A stretch of DNA of 64,000 bases from Mytilus trossulus (Eukaryota): assembly GCF_036588685.1 (NCBI RefSeq), contig NC_086376.1, positions 67,435,630 through 67,499,629 of the forward strand, in the 5' to 3' direction. Positions 41,037-53,960 of this stretch are shown here, one piece after another. Below the pieces are notes generated by a model that saw only the letters and a list, made by a program, of their open reading frames with translations, was not told the origin of the DNA and did not search any database. Numbering within the stretch: position 1 is the first letter of the stretch; every line of letters starts with the position of its first letter. Position numbers and translations under genes: made by a program.

Positions 41037-42399
41037 GATATAGAACCAAAAACAACTTATTACATCACATGATACTATTATAAGTTAATGCATTGTGTAA
41101 CCTTTTAATGCATAGAGACAAGTTGGACTTTTAAAATTCTATTTTGGACGGCAATTTCCTTGACTCCTCGGGATAAGGTCAAGAATATGCGTTTATATGT
41201 AATCCGGTTGTAAAATTAATGTTGTTTTTTACATGTAAAATTATAAGGAAACATTTAATGTTGTTCCGTGAAAAATCATTTTAACCGTTTGTTTCCTATT
41301 GTATGCTTATGTTTAATCCTGAAAAAATATAACATTATTCTATTTTTGACTACACCTGCTGTCCAACAAGAGTATGGGGAACCCATTACATTTCCCTACA
41401 AACCCTATCTTATTATTAATAACGTTAATAAATTTAAAACTAACTTTTATTCTTTATTGGTCAAAAAGATATTGGACGTGTTATTGTGTTCTCTGGGGAA
41501 GTATGGTTAGCATACACCTCCCGATATTCAAGTAGAGGAAACTACAATTGTTATTGTGTTAATTGTTGTTTTTGGTAGTCCTCAATTTTTCAATATTTCT
41601 TGAAAGTTTCCACGAACTTTCAATTATTCAATTTTATCATGATTTTCCATCATTGCCATTCGTTGATTGTATCTGAATTTTCATCATAATTGGTTTTCAC
41701 ATAATAAGTACAATTAGGACGCACATTGCTTTTTATTGAAATACTTAATTTAAACGATTTACCCTGAAGAGTCACAATTCTTAATGCATATTAGTAATTT
41801 GAGAATCAGAAAAATATTTGGTTGTATTACAAACCCAGGACTTCGCGGGTTCGTGACTGTATCAACTTCGCCTTATTTTTAATATTCGAATTGTTACTTG
41901 AAAAAGTCATACTGATTATAAGGTGCTCAGTTTTAAGTGCTTTCAAAATCTTTCTTTTTGAATCCATCCTGGCTTTCATATTACTACCGGAAACAACTTG
42001 AAGATATTTTTTTTTTTGGTCAATGATTTCATTTAGAAGTGTCAATCCTTGTATAATGGCGATGTTCAGGTGTGAGTATAACCCATGTATCTAACTTATC
42101 AAAAATACACCGTTTGAATGTGCACCTAACAGTCGATTGTGCTGAGAGTATAGATTACTGACCCGAAACTAGTTAGTTAAAATTAATAAAAGATGAAAAT
42201 TACACTTATGGCTTCAAAATCATCTGCAATTCAATTGTTGACGGTCAAGGTAATAAGAAGTTATAATAATAATGTTATAATGTTTTGGAAGAGTCGTCAA
42301 TCTTAAGTTATATTTAGCTGGCAACATAATTTTTTTTTGCCTGGAAGATTCTATTAGGGCTCAACACTAGGTCATATCATCTTCAAAAAAATGAAAAAA

Positions 42400-42735
42400 A
42401 CACGTTTAATAGTTTTAAACGTCCGACGCGCTTTTCTAGAAATTACCTTTATCTGGAACGCTCAAAGCCAAACATTTGAAATCCGAAGATGTATAAGTAC
42501 CGAAACGTTTAAGAGCTATATGATAAAAATACCTAAAATAAATAGTCAAATTCATCTAAAGTCAACTTTGCCTGAGGGAGTTGAAACCTTAATTTCTTAA
42601 TAATTTCATAATTCATAAACGGAAATTTTTGAGAAATGTTTGTTAAATCATGCCAGTACCGAAATACAACTACTGAGCTAACGATACCCTCGGGGACTGA
42701 TAGTCCACCAGCAGAGGTATCGATCCAGTGATGTA
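42400..42735 (-). mobile_element. Decayed retrozyme-like repeat of a related subfamily
   Basis: Shares gataccctcgggga..ccaccagcag..tcga.ccagtg with the copy at 52.3-52.4 kb. Hammerhead boxes are degenerate (cagataa..gaaa). Confidence 0.55.
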
Positions 42736-42923
42736 AGAAATTGAAAACAACGAAGTACTGACTACTGATCTTATTTAATATACTTCATTAACTATTTAAA
42801 AAATATAATTAGAGAATAATCAAATTATGTAATATTACAACCTAAGCCTCTTTGTGACCGAATTTAGGAAATAAGTTTCAAAATAAACGAATAATGGATT
42901 AATTTATTACATGTGTTTAACAT

Positions 42924-45900
42924 CATTACTGTTTTTTATTGGGTGGACATTGAGCTAGAATTGAATCCAAGACAGAGAAAATTTTACTTCGTGTCGAATT
43001 AAAGTACCTGCGAGGTAACTTTATTTTCTGTAGGACTAAATAAAAAGGCAAATAAGGCCTTTGGAAATTAAAAAGAGATTTACTTTCACTACAACCACCA
43101 CTTTCAACGTCGTTTCATGTATTTGACTATATTATTAAACCCATTTTGTTATATTGCTCTGAAATATAGGTAAGTTATATTAAGGTTAAATCAGATGTCT
43201 AACTTGTGTTACTTTGTTAAATAAGCAAGTGTTTTTTTCTCCATTGAACCAACATGTTTTAAACCATATTCTAGAGGTACAAATTCTATTGTTACCGTAA
43301 TGAGCGATCTAGGACGCTACTTTTTAGCTATATATGGATAGATTAAAAAATATAATTAAATATTGGGTTCGAAAAGAAAGGTCTCCGAACTTGTTATTGC
43401 GAAATGCTTATAAATAAAATAAAATTTGCACTATTTATGGACAAATACTTTCTTCACATATTTTCTACATGTGTCAAATATTGTAAATATTATTATTTCG
43501 AAATAATAGATACAAGCCCAACACGTATGAATAAGAATGAAGCTCAACAAGATGGACATTTCTGTTTTTGTCAGATAGATGTATATACAACTTAAGTAGA
43601 ACTTGTGCATTTCACCTGCCAATGAAACGTCAATGTTTTGCTACATAGACTAGACAAGTAAACATACATCCCACACTATCGAAATATATGCCTAGATACA
43701 AAAACGGTCCTCGTATGACATGATACAGTTCCACAGACACTGCTAGAGAACTATGTCGTCTATTAACTTAAGATTTATGTACCCTTCTGTAGCCATTTTT
43801 GTACGAAATTTTCAAACCTCAATTGTATCAAAACTACAGATATAATGAATAATAGAGATAGAACATTTAGTACGTATTCCAAGGGGAAACTTGATGCAAG
43901 GCATTATTTTTTACTGTTTCATTGCATTTGATAGAAAAAGAAGACTTTGTGGAAAATAAATCAACTCGAAAACAACGACCAAGACAGCTTTGAGGCATAC
44001 ATTATTGGTATCGCACAAACATAGAATTGAAACTGACAGAAATGGATAAAAAATCAAACCTAAAGAATTAAAACTTAAATATATTCGAGACATGATTAAT
44101 AAGAATATATATCCAAAATGTCAACTTTTATTATTGATTACGGTAATCCAAAGTTTAAAGATGCACTTGATTATGTTATAATGTGATATGAATCTGGTTT
44201 ATAGGTGCACTCGTTTATGTTATAATGTTATATTATTTATCACTAGTATTACATTCAAGAAAGATATTCCTTTTTTTCACTCATTGCCATATAAAAGAAT
44301 ATAAGTATTATTACATGTATACTATTTTTTTTCTGATAATATAGTGCACTTTTTCAGCATCCAGCTTGCTTTCCGGACATTTGGTTTAAACGTAAACGGG
44401 AATCCACAGTTTGCATCCTGGGCAAATGAGGAAATTGTAAACAGGAAATATTAAGAATAAACAGGTATCAATTTTCAAACAAAATGGTATCGTACATTAT
44501 ATTGGATTAGATTTCAACGTAATTGCTAACGGTACAGACACAAGTGTCTATCCAACTAGAACAAAACACGTTATTGTGTCATTTGAAGAGAAAAATCAAC
44601 ACTTTGACGTTGTAAAAAAAACACACCAAAAAACCGGATTATAATAATTACAATTATATTTTATTCAATAAATGTCAAGCATATGAGTTTAACATTACAC
44701 AATATACAATACATAAAGACAATACTAACAAGTACTTTGTAAAACATAATGGCATTTTATGAGTTTAGCATACTAAGTGTATTATAATAGAAAAATTTGC
44801 TGATATTTGTCAGGAATAACCCATTAAAGCTCTAAAAGAGAGACGGAAGATACCAGAGGGACAGCCAAACTCATTAATCGAAAATAAACTGACAACGCCA
44901 AAGCTAAAAATTAACAAGACAAATAGACAAACAATAGTACACATGGCACAAAATAAAAAATCAATTTGAAAGAATAAACAGCACGAAACCCACCAAAAAC
45001 TAGGGGTGATCTCAGGTGCTACGGAAGGGTAAGCAGATCCTGATTCACATGTGGCACTCTTCGTGTCGCTTATAAGATAAAAGATCCGGTAAAAAGTCTA
45101 ATTCGGTAGGTCACATTCATAAAAGGGAAGGGGATTGTAGTTACTGCGTAAGGGGCATGTCCGATATCATTTGTGAAACGGTTATTCCATAACGGTCAAC
45201 CAACTCGTGATGACGTCCGTTAAATTTACGAAGTGATGATTTCAACTTCAACATTTGGAACTCTTGATTTAATAGCTTTCTTGTGACCAACAACTCTCTA
45301 TCAAGAAAATCATGATAGGAAATGCAAGCACGGGAATATCGTATCAATTGGGAGATATATACAACTATGCAGGTGCTGCTGGAATGTTGCTACTTAGAAA
45401 TGGAGATTTCACAATTGGAAAAGTGAAATCATCTTTTATGTAGTAAAGTTTTGTTTTCAATCGACTCTCATTGTCAATCTCTAGATGCAAGTCAAGATAT
45501 CACACCGACTTAACTGTATTTGTTGTATCCTTTATCTCTAGTTCAATGGGATAGATGCGTTCAACATAGTCACCATTTTGAATTATTTAGTGAAAGAACA
45601 TCATCTATATAGCGAAAAGTAGAGGTAAAGGATATTGCTAACTTCTCATCTGTCTTCCAAGAAGTTCCTGTATGAAGTCAGCCTCATTATAATTAAGAAA
45701 CAAGTCGGCAAGAAGAGGGGCACATCCTCCAATCTAATATGTTTTCAATCAAGAAATCAAGCATCTTGATAATGTCAGTTTCAGAGAATTTTTTGTTTCA
45801 ATCAGAATGATCCTTTACAAAGAAGGACCTTTCCAATGGGGTCTATTCATGTAAACGGCTTACATTTTCGACATACAAAAAAAACCAACACACATATTAA

Positions 45901-47573
45901 TATGACAAATTGCTTCATATTGAAAATAATAAAATAATAAGTGTAAAAATATAAAAAGAAGTCTGATGATGACGCACTATAACTTTTGGTAAAGTACTCT
46001 TTGAGGGTAGTTTTAAATTCCTTAATTATCATTTTTAACACTATTTGGCAACATTAGAAAATGCCTCTACCAAGTCAGGAATATGACAGTTGTCCATTCG
46101 TTTGATGTGTTTTATCTTTTAATTTTGTAATTTGACTTTCCGTATCCTCGGAGTTCAGTATTTTTGTGAATCTACTTTTTGTAATAGTATATAACAAACT
46201 GTTACAAGAGTTGCTATTTATTCACCCAGTAAACATTGATGAACTATCACCTAGCAAAACTATCGCAGTAATGCTCCAACATATGACCTGAATATGTATA
46301 CTGTTTATTCTGTATATTGGAAATATCTACATTGTTACATGTTATAATTCTGACCTCACTTTCTTACATCTGTTTTATTTAAAGTGACATGATAGTGCAT
46401 CATAAGCCTATTTTTCTAGATGAATAATGATATTAATTCTCAATGCGCATTATGTTGTATATATTCCGGATTCAATCTAACAAACTATGTATTCATTCTT
46501 ATAGGAGAGCTATCCTAATTCAAAGATTAAATCAAATTTCCGTGAGCAAGTATTAGGTAGATTGTTAAGGGTCTCTACTGCGTTAGGAAAACATAAAAAA
46601 ATCAATCCTTTTATAGAGATTGGACTGTAACCTATAATCTTAAGTTCGTGTGAACCTTCATTTGCACCAAAGGTCAAAAGTCAATGAGTGCAAAAAAAAA
46701 AAATACACCGCAATTTCAAGCTTACAATCGATAAGAGTTTGCTGGATATAACTGTGTATAACATGTTCCTTTCAAGGAGCTCAACATTATATACACGAAG
46801 CTAAAAAAATGTCCGACCGTCTATGCAAAAGTTACAACGAGATTGTTCTTGAAAGTATTAAGCTTGTGTGAAATCTTTTAAAAGATAACATATATCAACC
46901 TACTATGAATGAAAAAAAATATCAGTATTTTAATACCTTCAATTTGAAAATCTTTAAAGCGTACATTTCAAATTTATGGCCCCCGAAAATGGGTTTGGTG
47001 AGGTCATAAAGTAGAAAAAATATAATGTCTAATAAGATAAGGTTGTCGTCTATCAAATGAAAGGTCATGATGTGTACATTTCAAATATCAAATTCTTCTC
47101 CTCTAAAAAAAAAAAAAAGAGTTAAACGGGGTTAATTAGTGCAAAAAATCCTGAATATGGCGTTGTCGCATATCAAATAATCGGTCATCAAATCTACATT
47201 ACACATATCATACCTCCGATCTCAAAAAAATAGGTGGATGTGTTCATTTTAAAAGTGTAAAAACTGAACATTTTCAGTAAATCAAATGAAAGGTTATATA
47301 GAGTGTATAACAAAAACATCACTTTTACAAACAATTGAGTTATTAGTTTTCGTAATTTTCCTTTGTCATGAGATTATAAATAGAATGGTTAATCAGACTG
47401 AATCTGAAAGGCGATGGACGTCAAACTATGGGAATGAAGAGCCAACACTTTTGTTTCCTAGTGAATCATATAATAATTTAGGAATTTTATATCATCATTA
47501 TAGGCCTTTGCAATAATGAAGATTATTCTAAACATCAGATTAGAATATGCAAAAAAGAATTATTACGGAGTGA
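42924..47573 (+). pseudogene. C-type lectin E, partial decayed pseudogene (exons 3 and 4 only)
   Basis: Exon 3 at 42924-43014 reads HYCFLLGGH*ARIESKTEKILLRVELKYLR, with the acceptor mutated (AG to AT) and TGA at 42951-42953. Exon 4 relic at about 47370-47573 (TESERRWTSNYG..EPTL) is frameshifted. Confidence 0.8.
44832..45835 (-). mobile_element. Penelope-like fragment, family 2
   Basis: RT motifs CAPLLADLFL, FRYIDDVLSLN, IRYSRACISYHDF..GRHHELVDRY on the - strand, plus the family tail. Confidence 0.82.
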
Positions 47574-47861
47574 CTTTCGTTAAGAAGCAGATCATGTTAA
47601 AAAAAATACTGCTTTAAAAAACATAGTGTATTGGTATTTGTTTTATTATCAGAAAACAATCTCATGTACTCATTAAGGTCTAATGTGTTAGTTGCTAGTC
47701 CGCTGCTTTCATTTTGTTTTAAAGCAATGGATGAACATACCTTTATTATGTTTTATGTTTCCGAGGAGCTTTTCTGTATTTTCTTTCATAAGAATTTTTA
47801 TCAAGGTTGTTTTGATTCTCGTCTATTTCAGTCTTCTTAAATTATTTGTAAATATAAAAAA

Positions 47862-48133
47862 AAAAGAAGATGTGGTATGATTGCCAATGAGACAGCTATC
47901 CACAAAAGACCAAAATGACACAAACATTAACAACTATAGGTCACCATACGGCCTTCAACAATGAGCAAATCCCAGCCATAAAAGGATCCGATAAGACAAC
48001 GTAAAACAATTCAAACGAGAAAACTAAAGGCCTTATTTATATAAAAAAAAATGAACGAAAAACAAATATGTAACACATAAACAAACGACAACCCCTGAAT
48101 AACAGGCTCCTGACTTGGGACAGGCACATACAT
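47862..48133 (+). repeat. Abundant dispersed repeat (gatgtggtatgattgccaatgagaca family)
   Basis: Related copies at about 4220-4470 (-), 51180-51410 (+), 62195-62460 (-), plus several fragments. Confidence 0.7.
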
Positions 48134-49217
48134 GTTTTGTTGTTTCCAAATGGGACGCATTGCGGGGGTATTGAAAATCGGTTGTTCGTCTTTTCGTCTG
48201 TGCGTCTCTGTGTTCTTCTGTCCTGTCTTGTAAGTGCTCTTATTTGTATAATTCTTGTCAGATTTTTATTTTAAATAAATTTAAAATTACAACATAGCTC
48301 CACAACAGTTCTTTCAGAATTTCTAATTCTCCAAAACTTATTGGTCTATAAGAAATAAAAGAAAAAGTGTCAAAAACTTGTTTAATTTTTCATATATGAA
48401 AGTTTTCTAATGAATCCAATTGCATGATTTCATTTTTAACAGTACATGTATAATGGGAATAAAACTTGCGAAACCAAATAAACATTAAATTGCAATTCGA
48501 GTGTCGATACTAATGTTTTTCTTTGAGAGTTTGATAAAAAAAAAATTATCTTGCTCAGATTTCAAAAGATGTGATTAACTTCATTTGACCTTGATGTCAT
48601 TGGCCTTTTGGAGACTAGGAATTGTTTTTCCATATAACACAGTCAAATTGAATCATCAAATACAGCATATTTCAGCAACTTTATCATTGCAATTTCCCAG
48701 CGTTTCTTCTAAGCGTGATTCTGAATAACAATTGATTAGTAGCTTACCAAAAGTATGTAATCTACTATATGGATATGACATTTACATATATGCCTATACT
48801 ATTAGTCTATTTCGTTGGATTCATTTTCCTATATAGTGAAGTGTTTGCATTGGTTTAACAAAATGTTCTTAAATCGACGAGGTACGTTTTGATGTGGTTA
48901 GTACATGTATCAAAAAAGAGTAATTTAACAATGCAACTTTTCAAAAAGGTTCATGTGGAGTATATACTTCCCCGCGACAGCAACCCGATGACAACAACTA
49001 CCAAATCACATTTACACCTTACAGTCTTCTTATGTTCTTTTACTAGGACTCATTTAATATAAAGAGAATAGTGCATAGCCTTTTCTGTCATCGTTGTCAT
49101 AGTTTTAAAAAGCAAATAAAAGTATACATTAATAAATAAACATATAAACTTATAAAAAGGTTGATGTGGAGTATATACTTCCCCGCGACAGCAACCCGAT
49201 GACAATAACTATCAAAT

Positions 49218-50394
49218 GAAATTGAGAAAGGAAATGGTGAATATGTCAAAGCGACAACCATCCGACCATAGAGCAGACAACAGCCGAAGGCAACCAATGG
49301 GTCTTCAATGTAGCGAGAAATTCCCTCACCCGTAGGTGTCCTTCAGCTGGCCCCTAAAAATATGCATATAAATAGTACAGTGATAATGGACGTCATACTA
49401 AACTCCGAATTATACACAAGAAACTAAAATTTAAAATCATACAAGACTAACAAAGGCCAGAGGCTCCTGACTTGGGACAGGCGCAAAATTGCGGCGGGGT
49501 TAAACATGTTTATGAGATCTCAACCCTCCCCCTATACCTCTAGCCAATGTAGAAAAGTAAAAGAATAACAATACGCACATTAAAATTCAGTTCAAGAGAA
49601 GTACGAGTCCGATGTCAAAAGATGTAACAAAAGAAAATAAATAAAAAGACAATAATACATAAATAACAACAGACTACTAGCAGTTAACTGACATGCCAGC
49701 TCCAGACCTCAATTAAACTGATTGAAAGATTATGTGTTAATGATATGAATATCAGGCATAATCCCTCCCTTTAGGGGTTTAGTATCATACTATCATAAAA
49801 TATATGAGAAGAACATAACCCGTGTCATGCCAACAACTGTTTTTTTTTAGAAATAAATGTGTTTAGTTCCGATGCAAAGACCCTATCAGTGAATCAATAT
49901 TAAAGCCAAAATATGCAATCTTTAATGACCTGACAACAGTATCGTAACTATATCCCCTTCTAATAAGTCTATTTAAAGGTTTTTTCTTAGTTTCTGAGGA
50001 GAATACTGACATTTTTGTGCTTTATAAAGAATATTTCCATAAAAAATTGGATGTGAAATACCTGAACGTATAAGATGTCTGCATGTTGAGTTATATTTTC
50101 GAATTATTTCCTTATACCGGTGATAAAATTTAGTAAATGTTTTGACCAGTTTGTGATATCGAAAACCCTGGTGTAATAATTTTTCAGTAATACATAAATA
50201 AAATCTAATACGTTGTTACATACACGAGCGAATCGTACAAGTTGAGATATATAAACACCATAAGATGGTGACAAGGGAACGTCACCATCTAAAAATGGAT
50301 AATTAACAATAGGAAATGAAAAATCATCTCTTTTATCATAAATTTTTGTATTTAGCTTCCCGTTTATGATATAGATATCAAGATCGAGGATCAA
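49218..50394 (-). mobile_element. 5'-truncated Penelope-like element, family 1
   Basis: LDLDIYIINGKLNTKIYDKRDDFSFPIVNYPFLDGDVPLSPSYGVYISQLVRFARVC; closely similar to 6992-8090. Confidence 0.82.
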
Positions 50395-50870
50395 AGCTTA
50401 TTTAACCCTTACAGTCTTCAACATATTGTGTTCGTTTTCCTAGGACTCATTTAATATGAAGAGATGAAGAGATGAAGAGAATAGTGCATAGCCTTTTCTG
50501 TCATTGTTGTCATAGTTTAATTAGCAAATAAAAGTATACATTAATAAATGACAATTTTTTTCTGTAATTTTATCTCATAATACTCTTCTTTTTAAAATCA
50601 TCCAGGTAGTAAAATAGTAACTACATAATTAGCCATTGCCTTAAGCATGATAATATATTAAAATAATGGTATCTGTCTCAGCACATTTAGAAATATACAC
50701 GGATATAAATGTTTACATCTTGTCGCAAGTAATCACAATATCAACTTGACGATCGGATAATTGAAATCCTCACGAGGGATGTTTATTTATATGTGACAGT
50801 TGTCAGTTTGGTCCAAAGAACTAGAGGTTCATGTATTATCCGAGGCGTTACGAATCGTTCTTGTGTCATA

Positions 50871-53800
50871 TTAGTTCTTCCAATGAGTCGGAAATAGTTG
50901 ACCAAGAATAGGCGAATGTGAAATTTCCGGAACACTGTCAGATAGTGGATTTCGTGTTTGACCGGATTTCAATGTATGTCTCTTTGACCTTTTGACGCGA
51001 TTCTTTATTAAACCCTACAATAAAAAAATATAAACAGATTAATAAATTTTCAAATGAAGTCCGGTATCAACAATCTGAAACATATAGTTGTATATTCATG
51101 ATCATCAATATTTTTTTCATTTTGGGTTTAAGGGGTGTCAACTACAAGATTTGAAAAAATATTATTATATAAGAAATGGAACATGTGGTATGATTGCCAA
51201 TGAGACAATTTTCCACAAGAGACCAACAAGAAACATAGATAAACAACTTTAGGTCCCCGTACGGCCGTCATTAACGAGCCAAGTCCATATCGCATGGTCA
51301 GCTATAAAAGGCCCTTAAATGACAATGTAAAACAATTCAAACGAGAAAACTAACGGCCTTATTTATGTACAAAAATGAACAAAAAACAAATATGTAACAC
51401 AATAACAATCATGAAAGAAAGTAAAGTAGTAGAGTAGTGAAACGATAATTCGACGTTAATTATAATAGTAGTCATGTGACATTCAATTTACCACCTTAGC
51501 TAATTTAAGAGATTGGTTACGCATGAATCAGTCGTGTTCAGTTATCAAAAGGAAAACAATGTTACATTTTTGAAGAACACATAGACTCCTCTCAAAATGG
51601 CTGGATCCGCCCCTGGACTTGGCAACAACGGTTATTGTAAATTGGGTGTAACATTGAAAATGAAACAAGGGTAAACCATCTGATTGACTTATTCGATCCA
51701 TAAAAACTCATTCTTATATAATAGATAAGAACAATAAGTAACATATATTTTTAACCTATTATATGAAATAAAACAGACCTAGAAAAATCCAACCGCACGA
51801 ATTAATTATCTATTTGTATCTACAGGTATATGCAAGTTTATATCGGGCTATATGACTGTCGATAGTCTTTGGAGGTCACCTAGATGGTTAAATAGATTGA
51901 GACTTGACAAAATCCATTGGTGGCTTTCGGCTGTTCTCCGTTCTTTGGTCGGGTTGTTGTCTCTTTGACACATACACAATTTCAATACTCAATTTTATAA
52001 AATACACAGGAAATGCTAAAATTTAACATATTATCGATTAACTCATCATAGATACAAGGATTAAATTTTATACTAATTATACCAGACGCGCGTTTCGTCT
52101 ACAAAAGACTCATCAGTGACGTTCGGGTCCTTTTATTAAACGTTAAAAAAAAAGGACAAATAAAGCATGAAGTTGAAGAGCACGGAGGACCATAATACCT
52201 AAAAGTTTTGTTAAATACATCCAAGGTAATCTATTCCTGAGGTAGAAAAGCCGTAGTATTCCAAAAATTCAAAATTTCGTAAACAGGTAATTTATAAATA
52301 TAACCATTTCAATGATAATTCATGTCAGCACAGAAGTGCTGACTAATGGGCTGGTGATACCCTCGGGGAATTAAAACTCTACCAGCAGTGGCATCGACCC
52401 AGTGTTTGTAAATTAATTCATCATAGATACCAGGATTAAATTTTGTATTTATGCCAGACGCGCACATCTATTGTAACTTGTAACGTTTATTCTAACCTCT
52501 TTATGTTTGGATATACGTTTTAGTATTTTGGTGAAATCGGTGAACATGGGACTGACAGATTACAGTACTTTATTAGTGATCAAAATTGACTTTTCATGAT
52601 GATCCAATTCTCTGCAATTGACATTGTAGATAAATAAAAACAACTTATAGGACGATTTTGAAAGCGTACTGAAATTATTTAATGACTGAGGTAATCGCAA
52701 TTGTCAACACATATCGGCAGCAAAAGTCTTCCGCGTCAGAAGATGTTCACTTCTAAAGAGTTGTTCCAGAATATATATAGTGATATTATTTTTGCATTTT
52801 GACTGTAGAATGTCAAAGTATACTAAGTTAATCATGTGAAATTCCCAATAAGTTTAGTGTTTAATAAGAAGTAGCGAATATAAAGATGTGACAGAACGAC
52901 AAACGAACAGAAAGACGGTGAAAACAGAACAACAGACGGCCATACAGGATTTCTCATTCTGTCTGTGTCACTGCATTGACAAAGAGGTGGAACATGTATA
53001 CTAGTAATGTATAATGATGCGTGTAATACAATTAAGTGGAAAGCGAATGCCGTAATGCCTTAGTCAGTTGAAACACATTTTTAAAAGATATTTTTGCCTT
53101 ACCGTTAGGTGTTTGAACGTTTCTGGACGAAAGTTATAGATTTTCCTTTCACTCATTGGTAAGATGTCCAACATCTGTTTCCTGCCATTTTGTGAATACG
53201 TCATGCTGACAGGGATTCGAAGTAAATCATTCAGTTTATGTTGGATGATACCATTTTTTGAGGTTAACATATACTGCTGCAAACATCTGATCTGTTCCAA
53301 TGTTCCAATGGTTAGGAAATTGTCCATATTTTCGTACGAATAGCAATCTTTTAGAACAACAGGAACGAACTCATTCTGGGCATGCACAATCACCAACAAT
53401 ATCAGATTGATACATACACAGATAGTTCTCATCATAATCTAAAAAAATCAAATAAGAAACCATTGAGAGGTATAGATATGTCAGTACTACATTAAATAGG
53501 GATATTAGGACTTGCTAACAAACAATGCAACATACCATATCGGCCACCAACACTAAGACTCCAAATAAAAAGTAATACAATGCATTGATTGATTGATTGA
53601 TTACTGGTGTTTAAACGCCACTTTAAAGCACCGCATTTAGGCTATTTCGTGGCGGTCAGTTTTTATTTATGGAGAAAGCCGGAGTGCACGGAGAAAACCA
53701 CCAACCTTCGAAAGGAAAACTGACAATCCTAGTCAATTGAGATTTGAGTCACGTCCACCCGCAGGAGCGGGGTTCGAAATCACAACCTCAGTGTTGACTG

Positions 53801-53960
53801 GCTAGTGATTACAGTAGTAACTACTTAGACCACTCGGCCACCGAGGCCTCCTTACAATGCAATGACAAACAACACATACAAACACATAACATTGTTACAA
53901 ACACATGGTCTATACTACCTGACTGTATATAAATTCAATACTCACTTTCGATGTTCCCAT
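50871..53960 (-). CDS. G2: paralogue of G1, 164 aa, C-terminally shortened (possibly a pseudogene)
   Basis: Exons 53960-53946 (MGTSK), 53438-53103, 51014-50871 (GLIKNRVKRSKRHTLKS..FPTHWKN*). Homology to the G1 tail continues past the TAA to about 50770, with another stop and a frameshift. Confidence 0.75.
52039..52463 (-). mobile_element. Retrozyme-like monomer (372-nt spacing) with an intact hammerhead core, in G2 intron 2, sense to G2
   Basis: Reverse complement of 52079-52122 is acgtca-CTGATGA-gtcttttgtagac-GAAA-cgcgcg-TC-tggtat. A partial second motif (ccagacgcgc) is at 52454. Confidence 0.82.
53585..53852 (-). mobile_element. tRNA-derived SINE (V-SINE-like core) in G2 intron 1
   Basis: A box tggccgagtgg, B-box-like tttcgaaccc, core ggttttctccgtgcactccggctttctcc, (TCAA)n tail, 9-bp TSD tacaatgca at 53576 and 53853. 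Confidence 0.85.

Noticed and set aside
44358-44464. Exon-like stretch between tttcAG and GT
   Set aside because: All three frames contain a stop and I found no partner exons or motif.
53750-53850. tRNA gene
   Set aside because: The A/B boxes are the head of a SINE with core, simple-repeat tail and TSD.
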